A stretch of DNA of 64,000 nt from Antedon mediterranea (Eukaryota; Animalia; Echinodermata). The DNA lies in contig NC_092674.1 in NCBI RefSeq assembly GCF_964355755.1, forward strand, positions 31,124,001 to 31,188,000. Reading direction: 5' to 3'. Positions 1 through 14,599 of the stretch are shown here, in pieces. Both the position numbers and the translations under genes were made by a program. The notes beneath the pieces were generated by a model, which saw only the letters and a list, made by a program, of their open reading frames with translations, ran no database searches and was not told the DNA's origin. Positions within the stretch are counted from its first letter, which is position 1; the number at the start of each line of letters is the position of its first letter.

Positions 1-701
1 CTGTAAAAACAAATATAACTTTGAATTTACATTATACTGTACAGTATGTACAATAACACTATACATAGTAAGCTGTATACACACTCTCTCCGCCTCTAAA
101 ATGTTTCTGTTGATATTAGAACGAACGTAGTGTTACAGTAATTACAAAAAGAGGTTAATATTGTAATTAAACATGCCTCGTATTAAGTCCACTTGATTGG
201 TACAACGTGAATACGAGTGTAACCATCAAGTGTATTTATATGCAAACCATTTATCACGACATGTAGAACATTAGTAACGATGTGATCGGGATAATCCACC
301 TCAAGGACGTTGAGTTTGTGCTCAGATAATGTATTAACCCCAACGTACTGGGCCTTATTGTCATTCATTTAGTCGAGTATTTTATTTAATCGTTTAATAT
401 TGTAATATTGCACGCCATGTGACCCACAATCGTCCAATCAAATGACAGGCATTTATTTAGGTGTTATTACTATTTTATATTAACCATAAATCATGTAAAA
501 TCAATAATGCAGGATATTTGTTTCATTTTTATTCGACATCAAAATTGTCATTGGACCCCAAAGCAACAGTCACCATAACATGATATTTCTGGGGCCCAGA
601 AGAACTACATAGAATTATTTATAAATATGCAATATACATTTAAAATTTAAAAACATATAAAACTGATCTTCTGACTGTACACAGTTCACAGTGATATTAA
701 A

Positions 702-781
702 TAATATTGTAGGCCTATTTACAGTAGTGTATAGATTAGTATAATATTGTAGGCCTATTTACAGTAGTGTATAGATTAGTA
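702..781. repeat. 40-bp tandem duplication
   Basis: (TAATATTGTAGGCCTATTTACAGTAGTGTATAGATTAGTA)2. Confidence 0.9.
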
Positions 782-3700
782 GAAGCATCACAGAACTATA
801 TAGTAGCTTTGTGCAATTCGCAATATATTTAGAACTATATGGTAATTTCAGTTTTATAATGTTTATTTAGAATTGATAACGAGTCCAAACTGCACGGAAA
901 CAGACTGATTATTTGCATCGTGATTCGCTCATTAATAATGTGTTTGTACATACTGTACGCTACCATAAATTCATAATTTAAAACATACTGGCCTATCTGA
1001 ATATTAATATTTAGAGATAAATAACATACAGTTAGCTTAGGCTATTTATCAATGAAAGAATGTTTTAAAAACCCCACATTTTCTACAAACGCGTGTCAGT
1101 TATACTGTACAGTATGTGATCGTACGAAATATCACGAAACATTAAAATTCTAAGATATCACAAAAATGCATTATCATATTAATTTGATTTTCTCCGTAGA
1201 AATTCTTTTCTGAAACTAATCAAAGATGAATAGTGTTGAGGAGATAGACAGACATGATGAATAATGCTACATTTCAATGTGTATCCGTTTCCATGACACG
1301 CATGGAAAATTCAATCAAAGAATAAGGGGTTGATGAGACACTGTGACGAAGGAGGCGTCTTTCGAATAACAGACTATCTCTGGGGTGTTTAATTGCAGGG
1401 GATTGTGTTAAGCATTAATAATAATGTTATGGCTTTAAGAATATCAGCTCACAGTGTATTACGGTGCTGTAGTTAAACAATAACATTGAAATAGCATAAT
1501 CTAAGTAAGCAATGCGATTTAACTATATAGACCTATATAGCCTAAACTACAGTAAAGCATTTGTTTTTGTTTTTTTTAAAGAGTGTTTTGCGAAGATTCG
1601 TTCCACAGTTAGGCCTACAAGAAGAAAAGACTTTACTCAAAAAATAAGAAGACGATGTTAATTTAATCAAGGTAACATTTGCAACCTTCCCCTTACATTG
1701 AACTTTGACATTGAACTCTTCCTAACTGTACAGTATTATTTGTGACTGGAAATATATTATTTTACCGCCACTTAAAGGCAAAATAATAACTCAAATTCAA
1801 GCCGACTATATAATACTGTATATTATTCATACAACAATTGTAAATATAGGACACGAACACGTACGTTATACTTATAAATATGTAAATCGATTCGTCTTGT
1901 AGTCGTACATTCGCATTTATATTAATCATAGAATTCTTAATCACATTTTGTGAACATTGCAGAATATTAATTTAATTTGTTTTCATATCCGTTGAACGCT
2001 TTTGGTTATTTTAATAAATTAGCAATCTTAAATTTCTCTTTATTTGTGTACGTAATCAACACAAATCGAAATTCATGTGATTTTTATGTTTAAACTAAAC
2101 AAAAACCAGAACTGCTAAATATCTAAAGAGAAGTCCCCCACAACATTGGAAACATACCGTACTTAATGATTAACTTAAACTGAACCACGGTGTAGAACAT
2201 ACTGTACGTAGCAATAAATTGGTTTATAAACTCTATAAATATAACACTACCGGGACAGACAAGAAAATCACCTTTAATGTCGGTTTGTATCCAATATTAA
2301 CCTTGAGTATGTATTCCCGGGTTGTTAGACGCTTTTAGCGTTCCATAGTAGAATAGGCCCTCGGGTGGTAGTCGTGCGTTCGCGGTCGTAACGAGCGTGT
2401 AATGACCAGATGTAGAAGTTTCTGCACGTACCCTGAGGACATTACCTTACACTCTGGTTAGCATCAACCAAAACAACCGATAATAACAACGGAATATGTA
2501 AAAAACGTATACAAATATTAACACCCTATATTAGTTATGGTGACTTAATTTGGAAAAGCAGCATAATAATGTACATTTATAAATTCGTAGTTGGGTGGGA
2601 CCTTCATTCAAAAACGACGAAAAATCAATTTAACTAGTCTAGATAGAAATACAGTATTTTCTAAATTAAACGAAACGAAATTGAGATATTTAGTTGTGTA
2701 TTAGACCTTTTTAAACGTTGAATAATGTTTTTCTTTTATAAACTGAATAAGTAATTCCTAAAATATAGCTGATATATATATATATATATATTGATATCTA
2801 CAAAACAAATACACCGTTTGTGTTACTCCATGGTCTAGTCGAGGGCGTTATAAACAAAATCTGTATACTATTTATGAAGACTGTAATAATGACAATGATC
2901 GCAGTCATTATGATGATGTCATACTGCAGAGAAGTGATGCGTATACGCGTGGTGTTACGTAATAGCGCGAAAAGCGACGAGAACGCGATACTTCAACAAG
3001 CAACAGTTATTATAAGTCCTTAATACCACCAGTGCGGTAGTAGAAGTGTGCCTCGGGATTATTTTAACATTTTCAACAGGCAGATATTCAAGCTTATGGC
3101 TATTACGCAAACGACTTTAAACGATAAATGTATAAAATTCCCAAGTTTTGTATAATAAATATTGTACGTAAAAGACTTGCTGCGTAGGCCTATATATTTC
3201 GCATAACATTAAAGAAACATAGCCATCTTATGAATCATGCATGCATAGAAAATCAAACTTAAAAAACAGGCGAATGAGTTGTTTTTCTACAATTTTTTTC
3301 TCAATACAGTACTCTCAAAATTAAGCAAATTTGTGAATTTTTCTAAGTTTGTATTGTTTGATTACTTTCACTATTTCCTTTTACTAGGCCTACTGTCTGA
3401 ACAAATTCATACAAATGCATAGTTTTTTTGGTTGAATTGTGGAGAACAATCATCATCATTATCATGGACGTTTTACTCTGTATCAGTGTCGTCAAGTCAG
3501 AGTGCACACACTATCGATAGCGTTTTTGATTTTATTGAAACGGACATTTAGTTGAATCATCGTTGAACATTACGCGTGGACGACAAATTAACTTTATGAA
3601 AAAACCGCGAATAATTAAGCTGTTAGAAGAGAGAAACTAGCAAATAGCGACTGGCCCTTGACTTTCCCTCCCCTTGGATTACTAACGATGGTGAATAAAA

Positions 3701-6700
3701 TTGCATTTAGCGGTAAGATTTCTTTTTAAAAATTGTCTCGTCTTTATGTCTAACAAGATATTGTACTATAATGAACAAGCATCGAACGTCAAGTTTACGA
3801 AGATTCTTGTCTGCTATCATAGAACAGGCGTCATCCATCATAAAGCACTCATAACATGCTAAAAATCAAGGCCTAATACGCGATCACATGTGACAAGGAG
3901 GATTCGGACATGGGCCTATGTTGCAAGGACACGGGCCCAACCAACCATGCAAGCAGTAATGTGTGCACAAAAAACCCATCACAAATGAATGGGGACAACC
4001 AAAATATTAAATCGGAATGAATGAAAAAAAATTGACGTTTTGTCATATCAAGTTGTACATTCGCGCGTATTACGCACGCCGAATTGCTCGCGCATCCCAC
4101 CCACTGACACGTGATCACGTGAATATACATATGAAGCTACTTTGGAATAAAGGTCGTTTGGGGGTGGGGACGCAAATGAAAAATTTACATATCCCATACT
4201 GTAATGTTTTTAATAATACTTAGGCCTACTGTTTAAGTTTTCATTTTTCACGCTTAACCACAGGATACCACTGTTGTTTAAATCCAATACTTAATATATC
4301 GATAGTCAGTGCTGTAATTATGGCAGTATTCCTAGTAAAATCACAGTGGCAGTGAGTGGTTGATATGCATCTCCCAACTAATTCTCTCTCAGTCAGTCGG
4401 GTATACGATTAATAGCTAAATCCTATAAGATTGTGTACTGCGATTAAAAGGTCAGTTTGTAACCGAGAAATAAAATTAAAAATATTATAATACGACATAA
4501 CCTCTTTATATTTAACTGCATATTATAGTAATAGCAGGGAGTTGGTAATAGTAATGAATAAGTAAATTAAAATAAATTACTAATTACTCAATTAATTACT
4601 TTAAAGTCAATTAATGGAGCATTCGTTTATTACTGATTGAGTAAGTAATTAAATGAACCAATACACTGGCTGGATATTCAATACTATTCATAGCATAAAG
4701 ATATAGTAAATAGTCATAATTGTGGATGAATGCTTAAACAACTGATACAAATATTCACCAATACACTGTACCTACTTTATTGAATGTTAGATTGTCTTAA
4801 ATAATTCTTAAACGTAAGTTTTCTTATTTTTTATTACTTATTACTCTACTGTATACGTTGTATTTTTCTTACTGAAATGCAAAATATTCATCATTACATT
4901 GTTACAAGTAAATATAATATTTTCAATATTTCTTACCAATGATGTCAATAGCATATCCGATGTAAATATACCAATATCTTGTAATGATGTCCGTCGATAT
5001 TTCACAATAAAACAACGATCGAGTGTAACAAGGAAAATATTGAATTCCACACAAAAATGTTCCAACTCGTAATAGTAGAAATAATTCCAAAAAACTCTTT
5101 GCTATGTTATCAAATGAAATAAAATGTTAGTAGCAGTTCAATAAAGAAACAAAAAAACAATATTGAGTCCCTTTCAAATTGGTTGTTAGCTTATGAATGA
5201 AACGGTGTACCCTAGATTGTAAGCTTAGTACGACCGTCCGTTCAAACACTCATCGGACTCGTCCATTATTTAAGCACAACCCACTGGTATACGTCACTGG
5301 TATACGTCACTGGCTCCTCCTCTTTAACCAGTATGCCTACCTGTCCTCAAATATAACACTGTTCATACATATATTTGTAAACATTGTTGTTTTATATTTT
5401 AATTATAAAATATAAATTTGTTTTATATAAATGAAAAACACTTTTTATTTTTACTAAAATATTGATTATTTCTTATTATGAATATTAAATTGTTTATAAT
5501 TATAATAATTTGATGGATATATTAATCTTACATGTTTTAAATGTCTATAGCATAATGAATAAAAGCATATTATATTATGTTACCATGGACCTATTTATGA
5601 AATTTAAAAGAAATACTAAGAATCCAACCATGAGAAATGGAATATCTGTAGGAATCCTCTAAGTTAGGAATACAACGTGCACGGTCTTTTAATTTACCAT
5701 GAATTTACCAACAGATCTTTCATAAACATATTTTATTATTTTTTCGCTGTAATAATTATTTTTTAGATTTCTATATTATTATATATATCATTAATACAGT
5801 CTAATCAGTATAGGGGACTCGTTACGCACACAACTTTGACCTTCAGACTAAGCCAAACAAACGTCTTTAGAAGAATAAATAATAGCTTTCTTTAAAATAA
5901 TTGAACGTGGTCAAAGTACATTTCAAATGATTTACCTCAAACAAGTAGCCGCTCGAGCAGAAACATCCCTCCACAAAAAAATAACCTTTTCCGTTTGTTA
6001 AAATGTTGGGCCCTTTCATCTGCTCAGTTTCCCCTGACTAAACTGGAGGATTTGTGAGTCCGCAGGTGGAAACCGTCAATCAAGTTTCTTTGGGTTTGGC
6101 CTACAAAGTTGATAAGCCTACCTATAGGCTGTTTACTTATTTACGACCTACTATCGGTCACTCTTTGTTCACTGTGAGCAATTATCGCTTTGAAATTAAA
6201 AAGATATTGAAGTAAAACAATTATTATATTTGAATAAGATTATAACTACTTTAGAAAATCTGCTAGTAAAGTTTGCGAGTAAATAACAGAAGTTTTCGAG
6301 ACAATGTTTAACCCTGGCCTTTTGGTTTGTACGCAGTCGATACTAGGCCTACTTCACATGTTCATGTTTGAGGAAATTCATGTTTGAATGTAGGGCAAAC
6401 AAAAACCCAACTGATTTATATAAGGAACATTAAATACATATTCATTTTATATAATGCTATTTGTAAATACATTTTATTTACAAATTGGAAATTCATCTGG
6501 TATCCATTAAATTGATGAATTTAAGTATCATTCGGAATTATACATTTGTGTATGGTATTATAATGTAGTTGATTCACCTAAAAGCGATTGTGCAGCCATT
6601 GTAACTGTTATTGATTGTAAATGTTAGAAATAAAGTTTGAGGCAGTGAACTAACCTCGATATTAGAGATTGTCTAACAGTACAGATAAACAAATATTTGG

Positions 6701-7076
6701 GAAAATGAACTTAAAACCGGTATCTGCCCTATATGTGTATAAGTACAACAATAGACGATAACAACCAGATATTTATTTCTCTTTTTATATTCCAAAGAGG
6801 CAGTAGGCCTACTGTACGTATATACATTTTGGTTTTATGTGGTGGCGCTATTTGAAATTTAAAAAGAAATGTACTGTAGTTGCATTGGAATATTATTACT
6901 CGATTGTTTCGATAAAATAATACTAGGAAAATAGGTATGTTTTAATGAATCCTTCAGAAAATTATAACTGAAGCCCAATGTTAAATATTGAGAGTTCAGT
7001 GCAGACAAGTTACCAGTTCGAGTTTGTCATTTTCTATGTTTTACTGTTTGTATTCTTCGCTTTGTACTCAAGTTCA

Positions 7077-7206
7077 TTGTCACTATGCTGCCTCTCCCAG
7101 TGGATAGACGCTGGCCCAGGAAGCCACTGTGCTGCCTCTCCCAATAAACCCTTTGTCACTATGCTGCCTCTCCCAGTGGATAGACGCTGGCACAGGAAGC
7201 CACTGC
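7077..7206. repeat. ~55-bp direct duplication
   Basis: TTGTCACTATGCTGCCTCTCCCAGTGGATAGACGCTGGCMCAGGAAGCCACTG twice, with a partial third copy between. Confidence 0.85.
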
Positions 7207-7517
7207 TTATGTAACATATTCATTTTGAACGACAGGCGTTATTACGTTGCAAAATTCACGTAAATAACGTTCTTTGTTTTACCGTTACGTCACTACTACC
7301 CGCATTTTTTACTTCCCTTCGCACCAGGGAGTCACTCTTCCATGCGCACACTAAACAAAGGTAAAAAAATGATGTACAGCAGTTTATATTTATACATTAT
7401 CGTATGTTATATTTAACTTTTAGAGACTTATTTCTCCATGGAGTGAGTGCAGAAATGTGTTATATTGAACTCGTACAACAACATTTCAAATGGGCCAGTA
7501 AAATGAAAACGTAGAAC

Positions 7518-7548
7518 CATGGACCTATAAATTAGTTATAGGTCCATG
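7518..7548. other. 31-bp CATGGA...TCCATG micro-palindrome with 7-bp flanking duplication (putative P-element footprint)
   Basis: GTAGAAC|CATGGACCTATAAATTAGTTATAGGTCCATG|GTAGAAA; similar elements at 8815-8834, 8928-8954 and 9325-9353. Confidence 0.7.
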
Positions 7549-8286
7549 GTAGAAAACTTAAGAAAACTAAAACTCACCGGTGTCGTAATCGTCAAATAAA
7601 TCAAATAATATATATTATACAAATAAATAATGTTGTAACAGTCCTGATTTTATACCGGATAAGAATACTATGTCTTGATAGTGAAAAGTGTTTTCATATT
7701 TACCGTCGACAATAATTTTAATATGAATGTATGGAATGTTTTGAAAGCATTAAGTTTTTCGGAAATCGACCAACCTTACGCTGAATTCGTTTAGCGTGTG
7801 CGAGAGGGTAATGCGAGGGTCGGTCAGTCACTCGTTTGGGTACGGTAGGGGGGCCAGGTAATCACTGTAACTAACGTTCAACAGTCTAGAATGATTAAAA
7901 CAGAAAGTTATGAAATAGTACAGGCCTGTTATAACGAAATTTATAGAGGCGAACGTCCGAAACACACCGACCGCAGTATATGTCGCGTTCTTAGAGGCCT
8001 ATAATACTTTTTACGTGATTTTACAGTGGAGGCGTGTTGGAATTATTGTGATGATGTTGTAGGTGTCGGGGAAATAGTTATGTTCATCATTTAGTGATGT
8101 AAAGTTCCTTCTTAATTATTTGTATGATTATTCTGTTTCTGAGCTAGTCTTAAAAAGATAAAGGTTAGAAGCAGACATGCTTATTAAATTACCGCATTTA
8201 TAAACGTTGAGTTAATAATTAACAAGAAGCATTAATATGTTGAGTTTTTTATTACATTAATACGTATACCTCTGGATTTACACTTG

Positions 8287-8466
8287 AGCTTGGTTTCCAC
8301 TAGGACGCAACGCAAGGACGTAAAACACAACGCAAAGATGTAAAACGCAACGCAAGGATGTAGACCAATGACAAGCGACAGTTCGCATAAGTCATCGCTT
8401 GTGATTGGTCAACTCACGTACGTTGCGTTACGTCCTTGTGTTGCGTCTCTGATGGGTACCAAAGCT
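8287..8466. mobile_element. Harbinger-like MITE family A (TIR AGCTTGGTTYCCACTAGGACGCAACGCAAGGACGTAA)
   Basis: Foldback structure with internal GACCAATSACAAGCG / CGCTTGTGATTGGTC; multiple copies in the window. Confidence 0.75.
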
Positions 8467-8842
8467 TTACTTAGCATTGCATACCCTGTATACTATGGAA
8501 TCTCTGTTGCATGAATAAATGACAGCTTGGCGCGCTATACCTGTACGTAGGTACAAGTTAGTCCGCCATTAGTTTTATTTCATCCACATTGACTTGCTGA
8601 TCACGGCCTACAAAGTGCGTTTGATTGCTTGACTGTAAATCTGTATTATCTTCTGATGAAAACAGAATGTGAAATGTCCTCTAGTACTTTATTAACTTAA
8701 TAAACGAACACATAGTTCAAACGAATTATGGTTCATTTCTTAGAATTTACATTTTTCAAGGAAAATATTACTGAGATAAATAGATAATAATTACGTGTAT
8801 TTTGGGCCTTAAGCCATGGAGTAATTATTCCATGCTTAAGCT

Positions 8843-8985
8843 AAGTTTGCACTTGTTCCGTTTCACGGAACGGAAGAGTTCACTTTCAATTCATTTGACA
8901 ACTGCGCCGTGTTCCGATCCGTGAAATCATGGAAAAATACTTTATTTCTCCATGTTGAAACGGAACAAGTGTAAATAGAACTTTA
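8843..8985. mobile_element. Small foldback MITE interrupted in its right TIR by a 27-bp CATGGA..TCCATG insert
   Basis: TTTGCACTTGTTCCGTTTCACGGA versus TCCGTGAAA[insert]TGAAACGGAACAAGTGTAAA. Confidence 0.7.
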
Positions 8986-10943
8986 TATTCGATAGGCTTG
9001 TGCGTAACAGGCTATAATATCCTATATCAATTAACGACCATTTGCACTTGAATACATAAAACTAGGAAACTATACATGGAAATATTGTATTTCGTTTGGC
9101 TATGATACACTTGAGAGATATTACGTAATATTCGCCAAGGTATATATACTATATTGTCATAATATATGTATCTCATACCATTGATCGTGGAAATGAGCGA
9201 AGGGTGTTCGGAATCTTTTACAAAGTGCCGCGTACTCACACGTGGTTTCATTATAATTATCATAGTGACCTAAATTGCTTCAAATTATAACATTTCCGAA
9301 GAAGATATAACTATATCATTACACCATGGAGAAATGAGTTAGGATTCTCTATGCTTACACACATAAAAATAACTTAATAAACTTCTTTTTGGTATATGCC
9401 TCACCCTCCTTAAGTTCATTCTAACGTCATCATAATATGACGTCAAAAATAAGAAGATTAATATGCAAAGCTGATATGTCGAAACTCCCGAAGTATTCGC
9501 TCCGTGTCGAAAATCCAAATAATTCCACCAAATAAATCTGCAAACTGACCAATACTCCCTACTACATCCACGTCTGAACACCTTTATTGGAATACAGGTG
9601 TTTAACATGTACAGAGTGAGCCTAGGATCTCTGCGTGAGCTCTACTATTGGATTTAGATATAGCTCATTAAATCTTCAAAACTAATTGATTTCATGTCTA
9701 ATGTAACTTAAGACTAATTTAACTTGTCCTTCCTTAGGCTTTATTAATCTATGACTTCAATTACTACAACCTCGCAGATAGAAACACATCTCAAAATGTT
9801 TGTTCATTAATCTTGGGAGTAGGAGGAGGTTTATTTTGTCAGGCCGAGTGCAACATGTTTGTACAGTAACTTTGTTTTTATCGTGAGAGAGTCAAAGCTG
9901 GGAATTTTTTTATTGTCTGTTTGGGCCATCTTTTTGTCAACGGGAAAGTGTTTATTTTCGCGGCACTTTGTTGTTTTCTACCTGAAAAGATCGTCAATCG
10001 TATTCTATGCAAACAAAATTAAGTAAATGTTTTTTATTGTTATGAATATATTAATTTTCAGTCGGTTTATGGCTAGTCGGTTTAGAACTAGGCTTATATA
10101 AATGTTGATATTAAATGTACCGTGGGCTTAGCTAGAAGGTTCTCGAATTATTCTCATTTCGTTTTAACATTAAATCATTGAAATCGCCCAAAACATATGG
10201 ATTATTGGTCTCAAGTTTCGCTTTTAATTTCGTTTTGCGGTACCCAATAATGCGTTAGAAGAAATTTGATTAAACAACAGTCATGCTTTTTCATCTTGTA
10301 TGGAAAGACCAAGCTATGGGTGTGTTGTGATGTTTTCAGAAAGTACTGAACTACGCCCAGGCCATATATCGAAGATGCTCTCTAGGTGGAATGTCATCCT
10401 GAGATGAGTAGTAGTAATTAGTCTTGTTTATTTTATTTCATTTATATGTAATTTTTTACTTTCTATGGACCAGAGTTTCCGAAATAAAAGATTGAATGAA
10501 TGAATGAATATCCATATCATACCCATACCTTGTGTTAATGTTTTCGAAGTGGATTTATTATCGACAAATAAAACAGTGCCGATGACGGGAGATAAAACAG
10601 GTGAACGGACACCTTGGAAACAGCTACTGTAATAATTAATAATATCACTATCGGACTATTATTAGCTACCGGTATATAATCTATACAACTTGTGGTAGTT
10701 TTGCGCGTAGAGTTCGACACGTGGAATTAAGTAATAATTATATAATATGCATACAATATCGATCGCATTTTGTTCTTTTGTGAAATGCAAGTTACTCGTC
10801 CACGCCTATCATTGTGATAAAATGTTTAAGTTAAAAGACATAAGCATTTTACCTTGGTGTGGATATTATGATAAGGATGAAGAAATCAGCGTTTGTTATA
10901 TGTTCAAAGTACTATGCCCTCGTTGGCATATAAAACATGATTA

Positions 10944-11217
10944 AATAGGCCTAATACGTATACTCAATAGGCCTAATACGTATACTCAATAGGCCTAATA
11001 CGTATACTCAATAGGCCTAATACGTATACTCAATAGGCCTAATACGTATACTCAATAGGCCTAATACGTATACTCAATAGGCCTAATACGTATACTCAAT
11101 AGGCCTAATACGTATACTCAATAGGCCTAATACGTATACTCAATAGGCCTAATACGTATACTCAATAGGCCTAATACGTATACTCAATAGGCCTAATACG
11201 TATAGGGCCTACTCAAT
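10944..11217. repeat. 22-bp minisatellite, ~12 identical copies
   Basis: (AATAGGCCTAATACGTATACTC)n. Confidence 0.97.
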
Positions 11218-11259
11218 ATTTTGTGCATATTTTTACTTTAATTTAGAGAACTTTCAGTA

Positions 11260-11370
11260 AAGGTCTGTCATGTGATGTGTCTATATATGTACATGATGAT
11301 ATCATATCACTACCATATTTTGGAACATCACGATTTTTTTGTCAAAATAGTTTGATAATGTAGACAGAGA
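11260..11370. mobile_element. MITE family B, partial copy
   Basis: TGTGATGTG...ATATCACTACCATATTT...GTCAAAATAGTTTGATAATGTAGACAGAG. Confidence 0.65.
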
Positions 11371-14300
11371 AATTTAATTATTCGTTTTATAGATTTCGTT
11401 CAGTTATTTTCCTCAAATTTCATTCCATAGTTTTTCTTATATTTTGTATTCGGATTTTAAAGACACGAAGCGTTTTCAGACGTTGTTTGTAAGAGCATAC
11501 CAAAATTGTATTTCAAAAGTTGTAAATTTAAAATGTAATCTTTTGTTACTAATTAGGCGTCTGTGATAACATTGTATAATAACGTCCTATCTGAATAAAA
11601 GTACCGTGTAGTATATAAACTTACCACCATAACAACCAATAAAAGAAACACAAAGGCAAATCGTATAATATTAGAAATTTAAAAAGCATATGATATCATA
11701 ATTACGAAAAAAAACTAAAATAAATAACAACCACAAGCCAATAAATTCTAATTTAATATTATATTAATATCGTTGCCATGGAATTGTCTGTTTTTTTATG
11801 ATCATTTCTTAATCACAATTATTATATGTTTCTTTATACATCAGCGTCTAATTCTCCTTTTGTTCGTTTTTAGTGTGTTCACTTTGGTAGATTGTTCGTA
11901 CAATATATCTACCAAGAGGCATGGTAGTTAATTACGACTCGTTTGTTATCAAAATAATAGTAAATATAATTTTTATTTATGAGATTATTATTATTATTAT
12001 TCAAGTTATTGTTGTAGTATTCCGTTCTCAATTCTGTCGATAAATAGTGACATTGTACATTTCTGGTTAATAACGCTTGTTCACCGACCAGTTAATACCT
12101 CCTATTATATACCGACCTATAACTAATAGGACCATGATTCAGCTGTCTCTGTCCAATGCAATTGTCTTGTTCTGAGTTCTTTTTTACTCACTCCTGCCTC
12201 CCCCCCCCCCCCCTTACAACCAAACTTAAAAACAACACTTCATAGGAGACTATGCATGGTTTATTAACGATGTGTTGTAAAAAAAGAGTTCTTTTAATGT
12301 TGATGAGATTATGAATGAAAATGTCAAAATATTGAGGCCCATCTTGGTTACAATATTAAGGCATTGCAAAAGCAAGGTTTTTAACCACATGTTGGAGGTA
12401 CAAACCTTTTGTTGAGCATTTTATACAGACATAACTACTATATGTCACGTGGATTGGTCAGATGTTTTTACTACTCTGACGTAAGTTTACGTTATGCAAG
12501 TACATTTGAAAATACTAAGTATAGTAGTTATGTCCATGTTGGCGTGCCATACAGAAGTATTAATATTCTACCTATGGTTTCTCATTACCATGTGATGCCT
12601 AATGACACGTGACGTTCATTATCTCTATAGTATAATATGATAACAAAGAGGATGACACAACAATCTCCAATTATTGTCAGCATGAAATAAAAGGTTTCGC
12701 ACGCGAGTAACTCGAACACGGAGAGCGTAAAGAATGATGCCGATGATATGTTGATACAAACAATATCGTCGTTTATATATCACATAGGCCTATACTATAT
12801 AAAGGCTTATCTTTTGCGACCTTTTTGTAAACGACTACCTCTTACGTTACTCCTCTGGTATATTGAATGTATGAGACTTTCCGCAACGAAATTGGAATTT
12901 AAAAAAACAGACAAAGAAAAAAAGATTTAAAAATAGGCCTAATGTACAGAATAAGTTTCAATCTCTGCATAATGCGCTGGAATATTGTTTAAGTAAAATG
13001 CGACAACCAGGACTTATAATGGTCACACGAGAGGTGGGGAAGGGAAAAAGTGCAGTTTAATGATATATCGACGCGGCATAAACGATGGCGCGTGCGTAAA
13101 AATGTTAATAGCGAGTCAAATTGCCTCTAGCATTGTTCACGATTGCTTTCGTTTTTACACATAATGCCTTAAAGAAACTTTTGAGATAGTACAAAAGGAA
13201 GATGAGTCACGGTAAATTAAGTAATATTGTTTGTGTAACCATTGATGAAGATGAGAAGACACATCAACCATTACGTTTACAGAGCGGCGTGGTAATTGTG
13301 ATATGCAAGAATATTGATAAATATGAGGTATTATTCATTTAAAAATAATTTATAGTTAGATACATAAATGAATGCCAATTACATGGGAAAGTGCTTTTCT
13401 CCTTTTAAAATGAAAAAATAACATTTACTTGAATGTTTGATGTCGTTGGTGCACGAAAGAATTGAATGCCAAAAAAAAAACACACAAAAACTCCCCCGCG
13501 GAAGCTGAACGTGCGCGTCAAACTGCGTGTCTTTTCTTGATGTCACTCCGTGGCGTGGTAACACTGTTAATCAAAGACCTAACAGTAAACCCAATTTCTC
13601 CAGTTTTTTTCTAAGGTCGTTTCATTTTCCCATTAGGCCTAATACTTATCACCATTGCAACGCAAATATTCCCCTTGATATCTCGAGTTCGTTATAATAA
13701 TTTCATATATTATTGCCATTGATTCCGTTACGATACTCACTCTCTCACTTTAACGACCTTGAATAAGTATTCCATCAAGTAACCATTTTGACGTCACGAG
13801 TATGCAAATTATTGTAAACTTATGAATGATGTAGTAATGTTGGTTATTAATGTTTTGTAATACTACTAAGTTGCTATACTCAGGATTGGCATAATATATT
13901 TGGAAATCAAAGTTATATCACATCAATTATGTTACCGTATGTTGCGTGATCAGGTGTCCGAACGAAGCGATTCCGTCTAGGCCGGTTGATAACGCCTCGT
14001 ATCGATTAGCCGAGTTGCTCACGACCGGGTTTCACTCTCCATTAACAACTTCGAAAGACAAGCTGCAATTATTATTATAGCCTAAATTCATGCAGATATG
14101 ATTTTTTACGAGGACAACAGATGGTAGTAACGAGACCTCTTAAACATTGAGGAAAATCGATTCTTTTGGGTGAAAACCAATTTAAGACAGGCATCTCTTA
14201 AAACAATGAACCGTATTCACGTCGAGCGCAGTGTGCTAACTATCTGGGCTAAGCATCATCTATGATATACATTATATCGTTATTGCCTGATAACTTATCT

Positions 14301-14599
14301 TCCATCCTTCGCATTATTGTGATTATGCCTATGTAATAATTTTTTGGAGCAGGGAAGAGTGAAATACTTCCCTGGTTTGAGTAACATTAGTTACGCCAGC
14401 ATAACATATGTACGCATTGCTATTAAAATCATTATCAATATCACTATTGTCATTGTCATTTACAATTATTGCGCGCGCGACAACAATTAAATTTGAAATA
14501 TTGTCAAGGAGCCTATATTTATCATACATGGATTCGGATTGATTCGGTGATGGCAGATTCGTCATACGACATTATAAAAAACTCGATGTTGTTGTGTTG

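Noticed and set aside
10944-11217. CRISPR-like array
   Set aside because: No unique spacers, and the context is eukaryotic.
13945-14045. Possible tRNA or tRNA-derived SINE head
   Set aside because: No convincing cloverleaf or B box.
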